Origin: Thermoproteota archaeon
GTDB lineage: Archaea; Korarchaeota; Korarchaeia; Korarchaeales; JAOZGB01
DNA: 64,000 nucleotides
Direction: 5' to 3'
Assembly: GCA_037917685.1 (NCBI GenBank)
Contig: JAVCBU010000003.1
Coordinates: forward strand, 96,001 to 160,000
The position numbers were made by a program, and so were the translations under genes. Below the pieces are notes generated by a model. It was not told the origin of the DNA, searched no databases, and was given only the letters and a program-made list of their open reading frames with translations. Every line of letters starts with the position of its first letter. Positions within the stretch are counted from its first letter, which is position 1. Positions 29,015 through 38,489 of the stretch are shown here, piece after piece.

Positions 29015-29815
29015 GTGGAGTCCTCTCTTTACGTTGTTGGGCAAGCGTTAAAATTTGATCTTAATAAAGTAAGCAAGCTTAGAACTGAAGTTAGAATCGC
29101 GGTGGAGGAAGCATTCTCTCTATATGTCAATGGGGAACTCTACACAAGAGTGATGCTTACACCTTCCTTCCTTGAAGAGTGGGCTGTCGGCTTTCTCTAC
29201 TATAAGGGTATGGTAGAATCCAAGAAAGATATAGAGAGGATTATTGTTCATGGGAGTAATGTAGCTGTTTCAATCAAGTCTCCAGGGAATACTCAGATGA
29301 GGCTTAGAGGCTATATGCCTGTCCCTTCTAATTACGTGTCCTTAGCGAACGTTGACGGTGAAAGGATGGCCCTAATAAAGAAAGCATCTGTGGAAATAAG
29401 TTCAAACAAAATTTCGATACCTGGGAGTCTTGTAAGGGATATTTCCAGATCGTTGAACGGTCTATCGGAGATTTTCAGGGTGACAGGTGGAACCCACTCG
29501 GCAGCGCTGTTTGACATTAGAGGGAAGTGTTTAACTCACATTGAAGACGTTGGAAGGCACAATGCGGTGGACAAGGTTATAGGAAGCTGCATACTGCATG
29601 ATATCCAGATGAAGGACAAGATTTTAGCAGTCAGCGGCCGGCTTTCAGAAGAAGTCGTCTTCAAATGTGTAAGAGCATACATCCCAATACTCATATCACT
29701 TTCAGCCCCTCTAAGCCGGGGGGTCAGGCTGGCGAGAGCAGCAGGTATTACCCTTATAGGCTTTGCAAGGGGGTCAAAGTTCAATGTCTACACCTACCCG
29801 AATAGAATCACATAA
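29015..29815 (+). CDS. fdhD: Formate dehydrogenase accessory sulfurtransferase FdhD
   Basis: TGGTHSAA, EDVGRHNAVDKVIG, SGRLS.E and TLIGFAR motifs. Confidence 0.9.
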   Translation: MESSLYVVGQALKFDLNKVSKLRTEVRIAVEEAFSLYVNGELYTRVMLTPSFLEEWAVGFLYYKGMVESKKDIERIIVHGSNVAVSIKSPGNTQMRLRGYMPVPSNYVSLANVDGERMALIKKASVEISSNKISIPGSLVRDISRSLNGLSEIFRVTGGTHSAALFDIRGKCLTHIEDVGRHNAVDKVIGSCILHDIQMKDKILAVSGRLSEEVVFKCVRAYIPILISLSAPLSRGVRLARAAGITLIGFARGSKFNVYTYPNRIT

Positions 29816-29869
29816 CTAATGAGTAGTCCTATAAATAGAGGATAATAAGACTTTATTAGAGGGAACGTT

Positions 29870-30199
29870 TTGCTGGTGAACCTGATTAGATTTCCTGAAG
29901 CTGGAATAGAAGATCTTCACGAGCCAGTAGACGGTCTACTCGCTTCATATAGCGAAATAATGCTTAAGTCTAGACCTGTTAGGCGGCTTTTTGAGAGAAA
30001 ACTCAAGCATAACATATTATCAACACTGAAAAGCATGGGATACCATGTGAAAGAATTTATGATAGGAGGAGGTAGAGTATTTATCCAACTAAAGGAACTG
30101 CAACCCTGTGCGAATTATGTAGTGTCATTAAATACAAATACTTCTCTAAAAAATCTAACAGTAAACAGGAAAGAAAGAATAACTTCAATTTATGTATAA
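29870..30199 (+). pseudogene. thiI: ThiI (tRNA sulfurtransferase) N-terminal fragment
   Basis: YSEIMLKSRPVRRLFERKLKHNI..GGRVFI matches the ThiI N-terminus, then degenerates; no PP-loop domain. Confidence 0.7.
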
Positions 30200-30205
30200 A
30201 AACTG

Positions 30206-31465
30206 GTGATCAAAAGTTATAGGGGGTTTATTATGGCGGCAAAAATTTCCAGAGTAAAAGCGCTTCTGGAAGCTCACGGAGAGCCTGAGAGAGAAGTTTA
30301 CTATGACATCGAAAACTCTCCGATCGTCCCAAGAGAGGTTGTAGAGGCGATGCTTCCATACTTTAATTTAAAGGGTTATGGTCACCCTTCAATCACCCAT
30401 AAACCGGGGTGGCAGGCGGCGGAAATAGTGGAATCTACAAGGGAAATAGTAGCAGAAACAATAAATACAAGGCCGGAGAACATAACATTCACACCTTCCG
30501 GAACCGTTGCCAACAATCTAGCATTGGTAGGGGCTTGCCTCCAGAAAGGCAAGGGGAAAATCGTAATCTCAGCAGTTGAACATGAAAGCGTGATCTTCCC
30601 CACTATAAGGACCCTGGGAAGGATGGGTTACCGTGTTGTCCAAGCACCGGTAGATGGAGAAGGATTTGTTGATCCAGAGATAATAGCCTCGATGGTTGAT
30701 AAGTCCACAGTATTGGTTAGCGTTCAACTCGTAAATCACGAGATAGGTACAATACAAAGAGTGCGAGAAATAGTTGAACATGTTAAAGACATAAATAAAG
30801 AAACCCTTGTACACACAGACGCAGCAGATGGTTGGGGGTGGATGCCTATAGATGTTGGAAAGCTAAAAGTCGACTTGTTAACACTTAGCGGGAGGAAGAT
30901 TCAAGCACCTAAAGGCGTGGGGATTCTCTGGGTGAAAGATGGAGTTAGACTTCGAAGAATAGTGGAAGGGCCGCTAAGCACCCAAAACTATTGGCCAGGA
31001 GTCGAAAACACGCCAGCGATCGCCGGATTGAAAAAGGCCGTTGAACTCGCATTCAGTAACATGGAAGAGAACGCTAAGAAAGTAGCAGGGCTAAGAGATA
31101 GGCTTATGAAAGGTGTATTAAGTAACGTGGATGATGTGATTCTCAACGGGCCGGAAAGCAGTTTAAGAAGCCCTGACAATCTGAACCTAAGCTTTCTACA
31201 TATAGAGGGGGAAGCACTGACGATCGAGTTAAGCTTAAAAGGCATCTACGTGTCCAGCGGTTCCGCGTGTACTACCAGAGTTCTTGAGCCGAGCCATGTA
31301 ATGCTAGCGATAGGGAGAAAATACGAGGAGGCCCACGGAAGCATCCTTTTCAAGCTTACAAGGTGCCATACCATAGAAGACGTAAACTATACTATTGAAA
31401 ATATTCCATTAGCTGTTGAAAGGCTAAGAAAGATGAGTGCCACTAAAGGTGAGATAGTTGAGTAG
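30206..31465 (+). CDS. iscS: IscS/NifS-like class I cysteine desulfurase with divergent active-site residues (start probably 30233)
   Basis: EHESV, HTDA, SGRK (PLP Lys), SSGSAC and PSHVM motifs. Confidence 0.85.
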   Translation: MIKSYRGFIMAAKISRVKALLEAHGEPEREVYYDIENSPIVPREVVEAMLPYFNLKGYGHPSITHKPGWQAAEIVESTREIVAETINTRPENITFTPSGTVANNLALVGACLQKGKGKIVISAVEHESVIFPTIRTLGRMGYRVVQAPVDGEGFVDPEIIASMVDKSTVLVSVQLVNHEIGTIQRVREIVEHVKDINKETLVHTDAADGWGWMPIDVGKLKVDLLTLSGRKIQAPKGVGILWVKDGVRLRRIVEGPLSTQNYWPGVENTPAIAGLKKAVELAFSNMEENAKKVAGLRDRLMKGVLSNVDDVILNGPESSLRSPDNLNLSFLHIEGEALTIELSLKGIYVSSGSACTTRVLEPSHVMLAIGRKYEEAHGSILFKLTRCHTIEDVNYTIENIPLAVERLRKMSATKGEIVE

Positions 31466-31994
31466 GATTCCCCTTATTTATACTCCTAAAGTTCTAGAGT
31501 TATTTAAAAACCCGAAAAACCTCGGGAAAATGAGCGATGCCTCAGTTGTCGCTCAGGCGGGAAGTCCAGCGTGCGGAGATGTAATAAACATTTACCTCAA
31601 AGTTACAGTTAGAAACGGGGAAGACTACATCGACAAAGCAAGCTTTGAAAGCTACGGGTGCGCTGCTAACATCGCTGCAGCAAGCATCGTCACAGAGCTC
31701 GTTAAGGGATTATCGTTGAAAGAAGCATGGACGAAAATAAGCTGGAAGCAAGTGTCAGACGAGTTAGGCGGGCTGCCTCCTGTCAAAAGACACTGTAGCA
31801 TCTTAGCGGTTGGAGCACTAAAACGAGCCATCAGAAAATATTATACTAAGATAAAAGGCCAAAGACCTGAATGGCTTCCCTTAGATCTCACCCCGGATGA
31901 GAAACAAGCATTAGAGGCGGAAGAGATGATAGACAGGCTGTATAGGAGGTTTAGAAATGAGGGTGAAAAAGATAGATCTAACAGTACAGCCTGA
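31458..31994 (+). CDS. iscU: IscU/NifU-N Fe-S scaffold with a C-terminal extension
   Basis: FKNPKN.G, SPACGD, GCAANIA and LPPVKRHCS motifs. Confidence 0.92.
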   Translation: MSRIPLIYTPKVLELFKNPKNLGKMSDASVVAQAGSPACGDVINIYLKVTVRNGEDYIDKASFESYGCAANIAAASIVTELVKGLSLKEAWTKISWKQVSDELGGLPPVKRHCSILAVGALKRAIRKYYTKIKGQRPEWLPLDLTPDEKQALEAEEMIDRLYRRFRNEGEKDRSNSTA

Positions 31995-32187
31995 GGGTTG
32001 TGTGAATCCACCGATTGTAAGGCTTACACGGGCTATTAAAGAGCTTAAACTGGGAGAAGAGATAGAGGTAATATATAGAGAGGACATGATACCGCTGAAA
32101 ACGCTACAGCTCTTGTCAAAAAAGTATAACCTTGTCCTAGCCCAGGTTTCAGCTAATAAGTGTGTTATGAAAAGGGAGGGTACATGA
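31957..32187 (+). CDS. TusA/SirA-like sulfur-carrier protein, copy 1
   Basis: 76 aa, IDL..EGCVNPP..AIKELK.GEEIEVI; TusA-like topology. Confidence 0.7.
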   Translation: MRVKKIDLTVQPEGCVNPPIVRLTRAIKELKLGEEIEVIYREDMIPLKTLQLLSKKYNLVLAQVSANKCVMKREGT

Positions 32188-32756
32188 TAGATGTAGAGGC
32201 TATCCGGAAGGACTTTCCAATACTTGAGAGGATAATAAACGGCCAGAAAATAGTGTATTTCGATAATGCCGCTTCCTCGCAGAAGCCGGTTCAAGTAGTG
32301 GAGAGAATGAAAGACTTCTACTATAACACATATGCAAACGTGCATCGCGGCGTTCACACGCTCAGCCAGGAAGCATCCGAACAATACGAGGAGGCACACG
32401 CAGTTGTAGCATCCCTCATAGGCTCCGGGAAAGATGAAATAGTATTCACAATGGGCCAACAGACTCAATAAACCTGCTCGCCCGTAGACTTCATAGCATT
32501 CAGCGGCCACAAAATGCTAGGCCCGACAGGGATAGGTGTACTCTACGGTAAGAAAGACCTTCTTGAAGAGCTAACGCCATACCGGTATGGCGGCGGAATG
32601 ATGAGCAGGGTAACACTCTCAGAAGTCGAGTTTCAAGATGTCCCATGGAGACTTAAAGCGGGAACACCTAACATAGTTCAGGCTGTAGGCCTAGCAGAAG
32701 CGGTAAAATACCTCAAAAGGGTGGGAATGGAGAATATAGAGAGCCATGTAGCTTAG
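32184..32756 (+). pseudogene. sufS: SufS pseudogene (frameshift, internal deletion of about 340 bp, truncated before the catalytic Cys)
   Basis: Matches the intact copy at 38991 up to EIVFTMG, jumps to DFIAFSGHKM, stops after ENIESH. Confidence 0.9.
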
Positions 32757-32835
32757 TGGTCAACCTGCGACTGGAATGTAGTGTTAAACTGTTCGTATGT
32801 TTTAACAAAATATATAGTTAAACTTATATCTATGG

Positions 32836-33075
32836 TTGGATATATCTTTTACGATGATGGTTAAAGTTCTCACCAAAGGGATAATTGTAATTCCAAAGAA
32901 GGTTAGGGAAAAGATTGGGATTTCCGAGGGGAGCTTACTATCGCTAAAGGTTGAGGATGGAAGTATAATTCTAACTCCAGCTGAAAGAAATATAACGGAG
33001 ATCAACCTTCCGTATGACACTGTTGACAAGATTATATCCTCTCTTAGAAGGGAGGAGTTGAAGCTTGAAGGCTAA
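32836..33075 (+). CDS. AbrB/MazE-type antitoxin (VapB)
   Basis: KGIIVIPKKVREKIGI.EG..L motif; overlaps the PIN gene. Confidence 0.85.
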   Translation: MDISFTMMVKVLTKGIIVIPKKVREKIGISEGSLLSLKVEDGSIILTPAERNITEINLPYDTVDKIISSLRREELKLEG

Positions 33076-33574
33076 AACCTTAGGATACACCTTAGATTCT
33101 GGTGTTTTAATAGAATATGTAACCCCAGAGTCGCCCAATTATACCTTAGCTAGAAACCTGCTTTTAATGAGCCTGCTTGGTAGGGTAAAGCTGTACGTTC
33201 AGATAATAAGCCTCACAGAGGTATACTACGTTTCCCTAAGGCTCTATAAGACAATGGGACTTAAGCAGCCCGGGGAAAAAGCTAGAGCCCTCTTCAACTT
33301 CTACATAAACCACCCTGGGATAAATATCGTGGTTCCAGATAGTAAAATAGCCTTAGAGGCAGGAGTGATCAAAGAAAATTATAAGATAAGCCTAGCGGAT
33401 TCATACGTTCTAGCTACAGCGAAAAATAAAGCATCGATACCTCTATTTAGAAAAGTGGAGGAAGAATTCAAAGAAATATATGGGGAGCTTAAAAAAGCGT
33501 TCAGACTTACAACACTGCAGGAAATAAAAACACAACTAGAAGATTCTCTTACCACTGAGGACGAGAATAGTTAG
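33065..33574 (+). CDS. vapC: PIN-domain toxin (VapC)
   Basis: LDSGVLI, LTEVYY and ISLADS..LATA motifs. Confidence 0.85.
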   Translation: MKAKTLGYTLDSGVLIEYVTPESPNYTLARNLLLMSLLGRVKLYVQIISLTEVYYVSLRLYKTMGLKQPGEKARALFNFYINHPGINIVVPDSKIALEAGVIKENYKISLADSYVLATAKNKASIPLFRKVEEEFKEIYGELKKAFRLTTLQEIKTQLEDSLTTEDENS

Positions 33575-33643
33575 TTTAAGAATTTCGCTTGCAACTCTAC
33601 CCTGAATGTTTGATTTATTAATTCTCAAGGGGTATATCTACCT

Positions 33644-33703
33644 AGGCCGGTGATGAGATCTCTTGCCTGAAACAGATGAAGTCTGAACCGCAAGCTGAGG
33701 CCT
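33644..33703 (+). ncRNA. Box C/D sRNA (paralog A)
   Basis: AGGCC stem, GTGATGA, guide GATCTCTTGC, CTGA, C' AGATGA, guide AGTCTGAACCGCAAG, CTGA, GGCCT. Confidence 0.8.
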
Positions 33704-33798
33704 TTTAAATAGTCGGCAAGCTGTTATTATTGCTCTACCATATTCTAGGCTATACTCTAGTCTAATTCTGTCTTACTGCACACTCCCCGATTGGCATT

Positions 33799-34989
33799 TT
33801 ACATTAACTCTACTGCTACGGCGTGTCCTTCGCCTCCGCCATCGCAGAGCGTTGCCAGACCCCTCTTCAAACCTCTGACCTTCAAAGCGTTTATCAGGGT
33901 GACAACTATTCTTGCTCCACTTGCCGCCAATGGGTGACCAATTGCAATTGCCCCCCCGTGGACGTTTAGCTTCTCGTAAGGTATTCCAAGCTGACTGGCA
34001 ACAATAATGGTTGCTAGTGCGAATGCCTCATTATGTTCGTATAGGTCAAAGTCTTCGATGCTCATGTTGAGGGTTTCAAGGAGCTTCCTCACAGCTGGTA
34101 TAGGAGATTCCACAAAGTTCTTTGGATGTAAACCTACACTCGCAAATCCCAGTATTCTAGCTATGGGCTTAAGCCCTAACTCCTCGGCACATGCCATGCT
34201 GGAAACTACAATTGCAGCTGCTCCATCGCTGAGCTGTGATGCGTTTGCGGCTGTGATTATCCCATCTTTTAGGAATACTGGTTTAAGCTTTGAAACCTTC
34301 TCCAAGCTCGTGTCAGGCCTGATCCCCTCGTCTCTTTCTACTGTGCGGCCATCAACCTCTACCGGCACGATCTCGTCCCTAAAATATCCTTCATTGGTTG
34401 CCTTTGCAGCTCTACGATGGCTCATAACAGCGTACCTGTCAGCCATTTCTCTTGTCACACCATGCTTCCTAGCTGTCCTCTCAGCTTCAACTGCTAACAG
34501 CTCTCCTGTAAACGGGTCTGTGAGCCCATCGTGAACCATTAAATCTACCACTTTCTCCCCTGTAAATGAATATTTAAGCCCCCACTTCCACTTTGCAGGT
34601 ATCATGAAGGGGGCGTTACTCATGCTTTCCATGCCTCCAGCGACAACTATGTTGCAGTCTCCAGCGAGCACAGATCTTGATGCAAGGTAGAGGGCCTTCA
34701 TTCCCGAACTGCATACAGTGTTAACTGTGAAAGCTGGTGTTTCAATCGGTATTCCTGCTAAGTGCGCTGTAAGCCTCGCCGGGTTCCCACCTAATCCTCC
34801 TTGAAGGCACGCGCCTACCACTACTTCACTAACCATTTCCGGATCTATGTCTGCCTTGGAGAGTGCACCTCTGATAGCTTCAGCTGCGAGTCTCGGGGCA
34901 GGTAGATGACTAAATACGCCTCCATACTTGCCAATCGGGGTTCTCGCTATTGATAATATTGCTACGTTTTCTGTGCGGATTGATGCCAT
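33799..34989 (-). CDS. Acetyl-CoA acyltransferase (thiolase)
   Basis: NTVCSSG, GGMESMS, NEAF, GHPLAASG and C-terminal LCDGGG motifs. Confidence 0.95.
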   Translation of the reverse strand: MASIRTENVAILSIARTPIGKYGGVFSHLPAPRLAAEAIRGALSKADIDPEMVSEVVVGACLQGGLGGNPARLTAHLAGIPIETPAFTVNTVCSSGMKALYLASRSVLAGDCNIVVAGGMESMSNAPFMIPAKWKWGLKYSFTGEKVVDLMVHDGLTDPFTGELLAVEAERTARKHGVTREMADRYAVMSHRRAAKATNEGYFRDEIVPVEVDGRTVERDEGIRPDTSLEKVSKLKPVFLKDGIITAANASQLSDGAAAIVVSSMACAEELGLKPIARILGFASVGLHPKNFVESPIPAVRKLLETLNMSIEDFDLYEHNEAFALATIIVASQLGIPYEKLNVHGGAIAIGHPLAASGARIVVTLINALKVRGLKRGLATLCDGGGEGHAVAVELM

Positions 34990-35352
34990 TGGTGGTACGA
35001 TATTATTCTATTTCTTCAAGCCTAAAATTTTGTTTAGAGATGATATCAACATTTATACGGTGAAAGTCGAATATGGAATTAACTCCCTTATGTGAAATTT
35101 TAAATAATGGTTTTCTCGTATGCTATGAGATAACATTTGGTAACTTTTAATTTCTTCATGAAACGATACCATAGCCATTGTAAAATGAAGTATAAAACTT
35201 TAAGATAACTTTAGACGTGATGTTACAGCCTCTATATCACTATATCTCTTAGACTACCCCTATATAAACATTTGACGAACAGCAGACTTTATGGAATCGT
35301 GCGTTTAACAAATCTGGACTCATAGATCTGTTGATAGGAGAATTTATTAGTT

Positions 35353-36588
35353 TTGCCTATGTGTAGGTCTTGGTGGAAGAGTATGGATTTCACCTTTACC
35401 GAGGAACAGGAGCTTTTTAGACGAGCGATGAGAGAATTCTGCGAGAAAAAGCTTGCTCCAAGAGCAAGAGAGATAGAGGAGAATGGAAGGATACCCGACG
35501 ATGTGATTAAGGGCTTAGCCGACCTTGGAGTCTTAGGGATGACCTGTAGTAGCGAGTATGGAGCTGCTGGTTCGGACTTCGTCACGGCAGGCATAGCCGC
35601 GGAGGAAATCGCCAGGGCGGACATAAGCTGCGCTACAGCCGTATTCTTCCTGGTTCAGGCTGCATGGGGTAAAATATTAGACAGGTATGGTGGCGACGAG
35701 GTGAAATCTGAGGTAATACCGAAGATGGTTAGAGGAGAAATATTTCTTGGTATCGCAACCACAGAACCCGACGCAGGATCAGATCTTGCCTCGATGAGAA
35801 GCACCGCGAGAAAAGAAGGCGGAAAATACGTATTAAACGGGGAAAAAATGTACATCAGCGGGGTTAGAGAGGTCATGGAGCAGATGAAGGACGGTGGAGG
35901 ACACCTAACCCTTGTTAAAACAGACCCTGAACGTGGAGTACGGGGCATGACATTCTTCTACGTCCCACTTAGACAGGCTAGGGGAATTACCCCCACATAC
36001 ATTGAAGAAATGGGGCGCAGGGGAATCTCTACTGGAGGCTTTGCGATGGAAAATGTAGAGATTCCTGAAAAGTACAGGGTTGGACCTGAGAACAGGGGTT
36101 TCTACATCGCAATGGAGGGCTTCGACTACGCCAGAGCCCTAATAGCCGCTGTCTGCGTGGGAGCTGCCATGTCAGCAATGGAGCAGGGCATAGAGTACAT
36201 CAAACAGAGGAAAACCTTTGGAAAACCAATAGCCAAGTACGAGGGTATCCAGTTTAAACTATCCGAGAACTACGCGTTGATGGATGCTGTAAGACTTCTC
36301 GCCTACAGAGCGCTATGGCTCATAGACAGGGAACTCGAGGGAAAGGCCTCAAGGTTCGAGGTCACAAAGGCCGTTGCAGAGGCGAAGATGCTTGCACCAC
36401 CACTGGCATTCCAGGCGATCAACGATGCAATGCAATGGTTTGGAGCCCTAGGCTACTCCAAGGAATGCCCGATAGAAATGGGGCTTAGAGGAGTGAGATC
36501 GTACATGTGGGCTGAAGGCTCCAACGAGATTATGAAGTTAATAGTGGCGAGAGAGCTCCTAGGGAAAGAATACCTACCCACAAGGTAA
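35353..36588 (+). CDS. Acyl-CoA dehydrogenase (start probably MDFTF at 35383)
   Basis: TEPDAGSD, LNGEKMYIS, QRKTFGKPI, GALGYS and EGSNEIMK motifs. Confidence 0.95.
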   Translation: MPMCRSWWKSMDFTFTEEQELFRRAMREFCEKKLAPRAREIEENGRIPDDVIKGLADLGVLGMTCSSEYGAAGSDFVTAGIAAEEIARADISCATAVFFLVQAAWGKILDRYGGDEVKSEVIPKMVRGEIFLGIATTEPDAGSDLASMRSTARKEGGKYVLNGEKMYISGVREVMEQMKDGGGHLTLVKTDPERGVRGMTFFYVPLRQARGITPTYIEEMGRRGISTGGFAMENVEIPEKYRVGPENRGFYIAMEGFDYARALIAAVCVGAAMSAMEQGIEYIKQRKTFGKPIAKYEGIQFKLSENYALMDAVRLLAYRALWLIDRELEGKASRFEVTKAVAEAKMLAPPLAFQAINDAMQWFGALGYSKECPIEMGLRGVRSYMWAEGSNEIMKLIVARELLGKEYLPTR

Positions 36589-36604
36589 AGAATACCTACC
36601 CACA
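36565..36604. repeat. 18-bp direct repeat AAAGAATACCTACCCACA spanning the acyl-CoA dehydrogenase stop codon
   Basis: Copies at 36565-36582 and 36587-36604. Confidence 0.8.
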
Positions 36605-36677
36605 TCTGGCAAAGCGCGATGGCGATATTGAAGGATAGCTTCTTAATTTAAGCATTAGGAAGCCTGATCCGAATAGC

Positions 36678-37316
36678 CTAGCCTACGATTTTAAGTAGTG
36701 TCAACACAGCCCTCCTGGCTCCGAGCTCCGCTAGCCAGTGGTCGAAAGCAGTGCCAGCTACGATCGCATCCCCCTCCACGGGTTTAAGGGACATGATTAA
36801 ATCGTATGATCTAGGATATTCCTCTCTGAGGCTCCAAGAGACCCCTGGAAGGCGGAGTACCCCATCCCGGAATATGATGGTTGTAGCGCCCTTTGCACCT
36901 GCGAGTAGTGCAGCGTCTCTCAGTTCGAGCCCGGTCCCAACATTGTCTGAAGCACCTCTAATTATGAAGACCACGTCGCAGTCTGAGACTGTCAGTTTCC
37001 CAAGATTGAAGCGGAAGGGACCCCTAACCCTACTCCTAATGGCCTTAAGAACCGAGATTCCCTTCTCCGTCAGGTTGCAGCCCTTCCTATCAGTCCTAAC
37101 GAGGTTAAGACGTGACGTGTTTCTGATTATGCTTCTTACACTTCCTTCTCCTAGCCTCAGCATTGCTGAGAGCTGCTTTCTACCCCTAGGCCCGTCCTTG
37201 AGAGTATCCAGGAAAGCCCACACATGCTCCAGCCTGTAGCTCGGTGTAGGCCCGCGGCCAAGCTTTAAAGCATTTGATAGGATTTTAAAGGCCTGTGTGG
37301 CATCCATAAGGCGCAC
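36678..37316 (-). CDS. HTH transcription regulator-like protein (DUF4443/DUF2111-like)
   Basis: GRKQLS..LRLGEGSVRS..G.NLTEKG HTH; C-terminal GLELRDAA..GA.GATTI. Confidence 0.75.
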   Translation of the reverse strand: MRLMDATQAFKILSNALKLGRGPTPSYRLEHVWAFLDTLKDGPRGRKQLSAMLRLGEGSVRSIIRNTSRLNLVRTDRKGCNLTEKGISVLKAIRSRVRGPFRFNLGKLTVSDCDVVFIIRGASDNVGTGLELRDAALLAGAKGATTIIFRDGVLRLPGVSWSLREEYPRSYDLIMSLKPVEGDAIVAGTAFDHWLAELGARRAVLTLLKIVG

Positions 37317-37325
37317 CAGTTAACT

Positions 37326-37904
37326 CTATAATAGTTTATATGTAGTGGATTTAAAGCTTGACTTAAGTTTGTTTACAAGATGGGAAGCTATGAAGAATAT
37401 AGTGACGTTTGAAAGTAGATGTATGGCTGTGAAAGGCAGTGCTGAGATGAGAGCTAGGATAGGTTTAACATGGAAAACAAGCATGAATGATATGTTTGTT
37501 AATAAGTCGTAGATTAGAGTGGCGACAGCTGCGAGGAGGCTTATCTCGATGGCAAATTCAACTCCCTCGTGGGAAATTCTTCTGCTTATGCAGCCTATAG
37601 CTGAATAGATGGTTTCAGATAGTGCGCAGGCTACCAGTATACCCACATTAAAGCCGTAGGGGTTGAATGTCCCGTATATGAGCCAGGAGATGCATGCTAC
37701 GATCGTCCCAGGCAAAAAGCCGTAGAGGTAGCCGGCAAGGAAAACAAGGAAGTCCAGAAGATTAACATTTGGTATTGAGACTAGTGCATAGCTTGAAGCG
37801 ATGCTTGCAGCTGTAAAAAGCGCTATAGCACATATCAGCCTTGCTTTAGGGTTTGGGAAGCGGTGATACTGAGGTGTCCTCGTAGTACCAGACAAGGATG
37901 TCAC
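37326..37904 (-). CDS. ECF transporter S component (CbrT-like; true start slightly downstream)
   Basis: ALFTAA, IPNV, G..YG..PG, HLLSN motifs; about 6 TM segments. Confidence 0.8.
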   Translation of the reverse strand: MTSLSGTTRTPQYHRFPNPKARLICAIALFTAASIASSYALVSIPNVNLLDFLVFLAGYLYGFLPGTIVACISWLIYGTFNPYGFNVGILVACALSETIYSAIGCISRRISHEGVEFAIEISLLAAVATLIYDLLTNISFMLVFHVKPILALISALPFTAIHLLSNVTIFFIASHLVNKLKSSFKSTTYKLL

Positions 37905-38274
37905 CGTCTGTAATCACATACCTGTCGGCGGCTACCGGCCCCTCATACCAGTCACCCATCCAGTACCACCACATCCAGTAGTAAGGATGTTCGCTGCAAA
38001 GGTCGTTAATGCAGTTTACGAAAGCTCCCATGCCTGGATATGATGTGTAGTTTACATCAGCAACTGCGCATGTAACGTCTAGGAGTGTAGAGCCTGCAGC
38101 TATCTTTGTCGAGTTGTGCCATTCTATAGGCCCGCCTTTCACCTTAAACCCTATTGAAACAGTTATAAATCCTTCCTCGCTTGTTCTAGCCTTCATATAG
38201 AAGTTAGCAGCGAGAGCCGATGCTACAATCGCCCACAAGAGGAGAACTAGACTTAAAGCCTTATATTTATCCAT
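37846..38274 (-). CDS. Membrane-anchored DUF4430 (transcobalamin C-terminal-like) protein
   Basis: N-terminal TM; GAFVNCIN..YWMWW..AADRY.I.DGD.L.W.Y pattern. Confidence 0.8.
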   Translation of the reverse strand: MDKYKALSLVLLLWAIVASALAANFYMKARTSEEGFITVSIGFKVKGGPIEWHNSTKIAAGSTLLDVTCAVADVNYTSYPGMGAFVNCINDLCSEHPYYWMWWYWMGDWYEGPVAADRYVITDGDILVWYYEDTSVSPLPKP

Positions 38275-38283
38275 ATGATCACC

Positions 38284-38304
38284 ATGGATGGATTATCCAT
38301 CCAT
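38284..38304. promoter_or_regulatory. Perfect inverted repeat ATGGATGGA-TTA-TCCATCCAT between the TATA box and start codon of the DUF4430 operon
   Basis: 9-3-9 palindrome; minus-strand TTTATA at 38309-38314 with a GAAA BRE-like element. Confidence 0.7.
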
Positions 38305-38489
38305 AAAATATAAAGGTTTCTAGGCCTCACCCACCAGCAAGATTCTAACAGTCAGTATGAAAGTTAAAATCCGAGAAGAGACCGAAAAAGCCCATTCTAC
38401 ATTCAAGACGTCTACAAGAATGCCGAGAGCATGGGAGATATAGAGTTTAAAACGCCTCTACAGGGGAAGAATCTAAACTATATTCAATA

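Noticed and set aside
34990-35382. Long AT-rich spacer between the divergent thiolase and acyl-CoA dehydrogenase genes as an ncRNA or replication origin
   Set aside because: No stable structure, ORB-like repeats or adjacent orc1/cdc6; two promoters explain it
38330-38480. Possible decayed fdhD or iscS pieces upstream of the truncated iscU (e.g. CAAGATTCTAACAGTCAG similar to about 29617)
   Set aside because: Matches are too short to support without an alignment; plausible but not claimed
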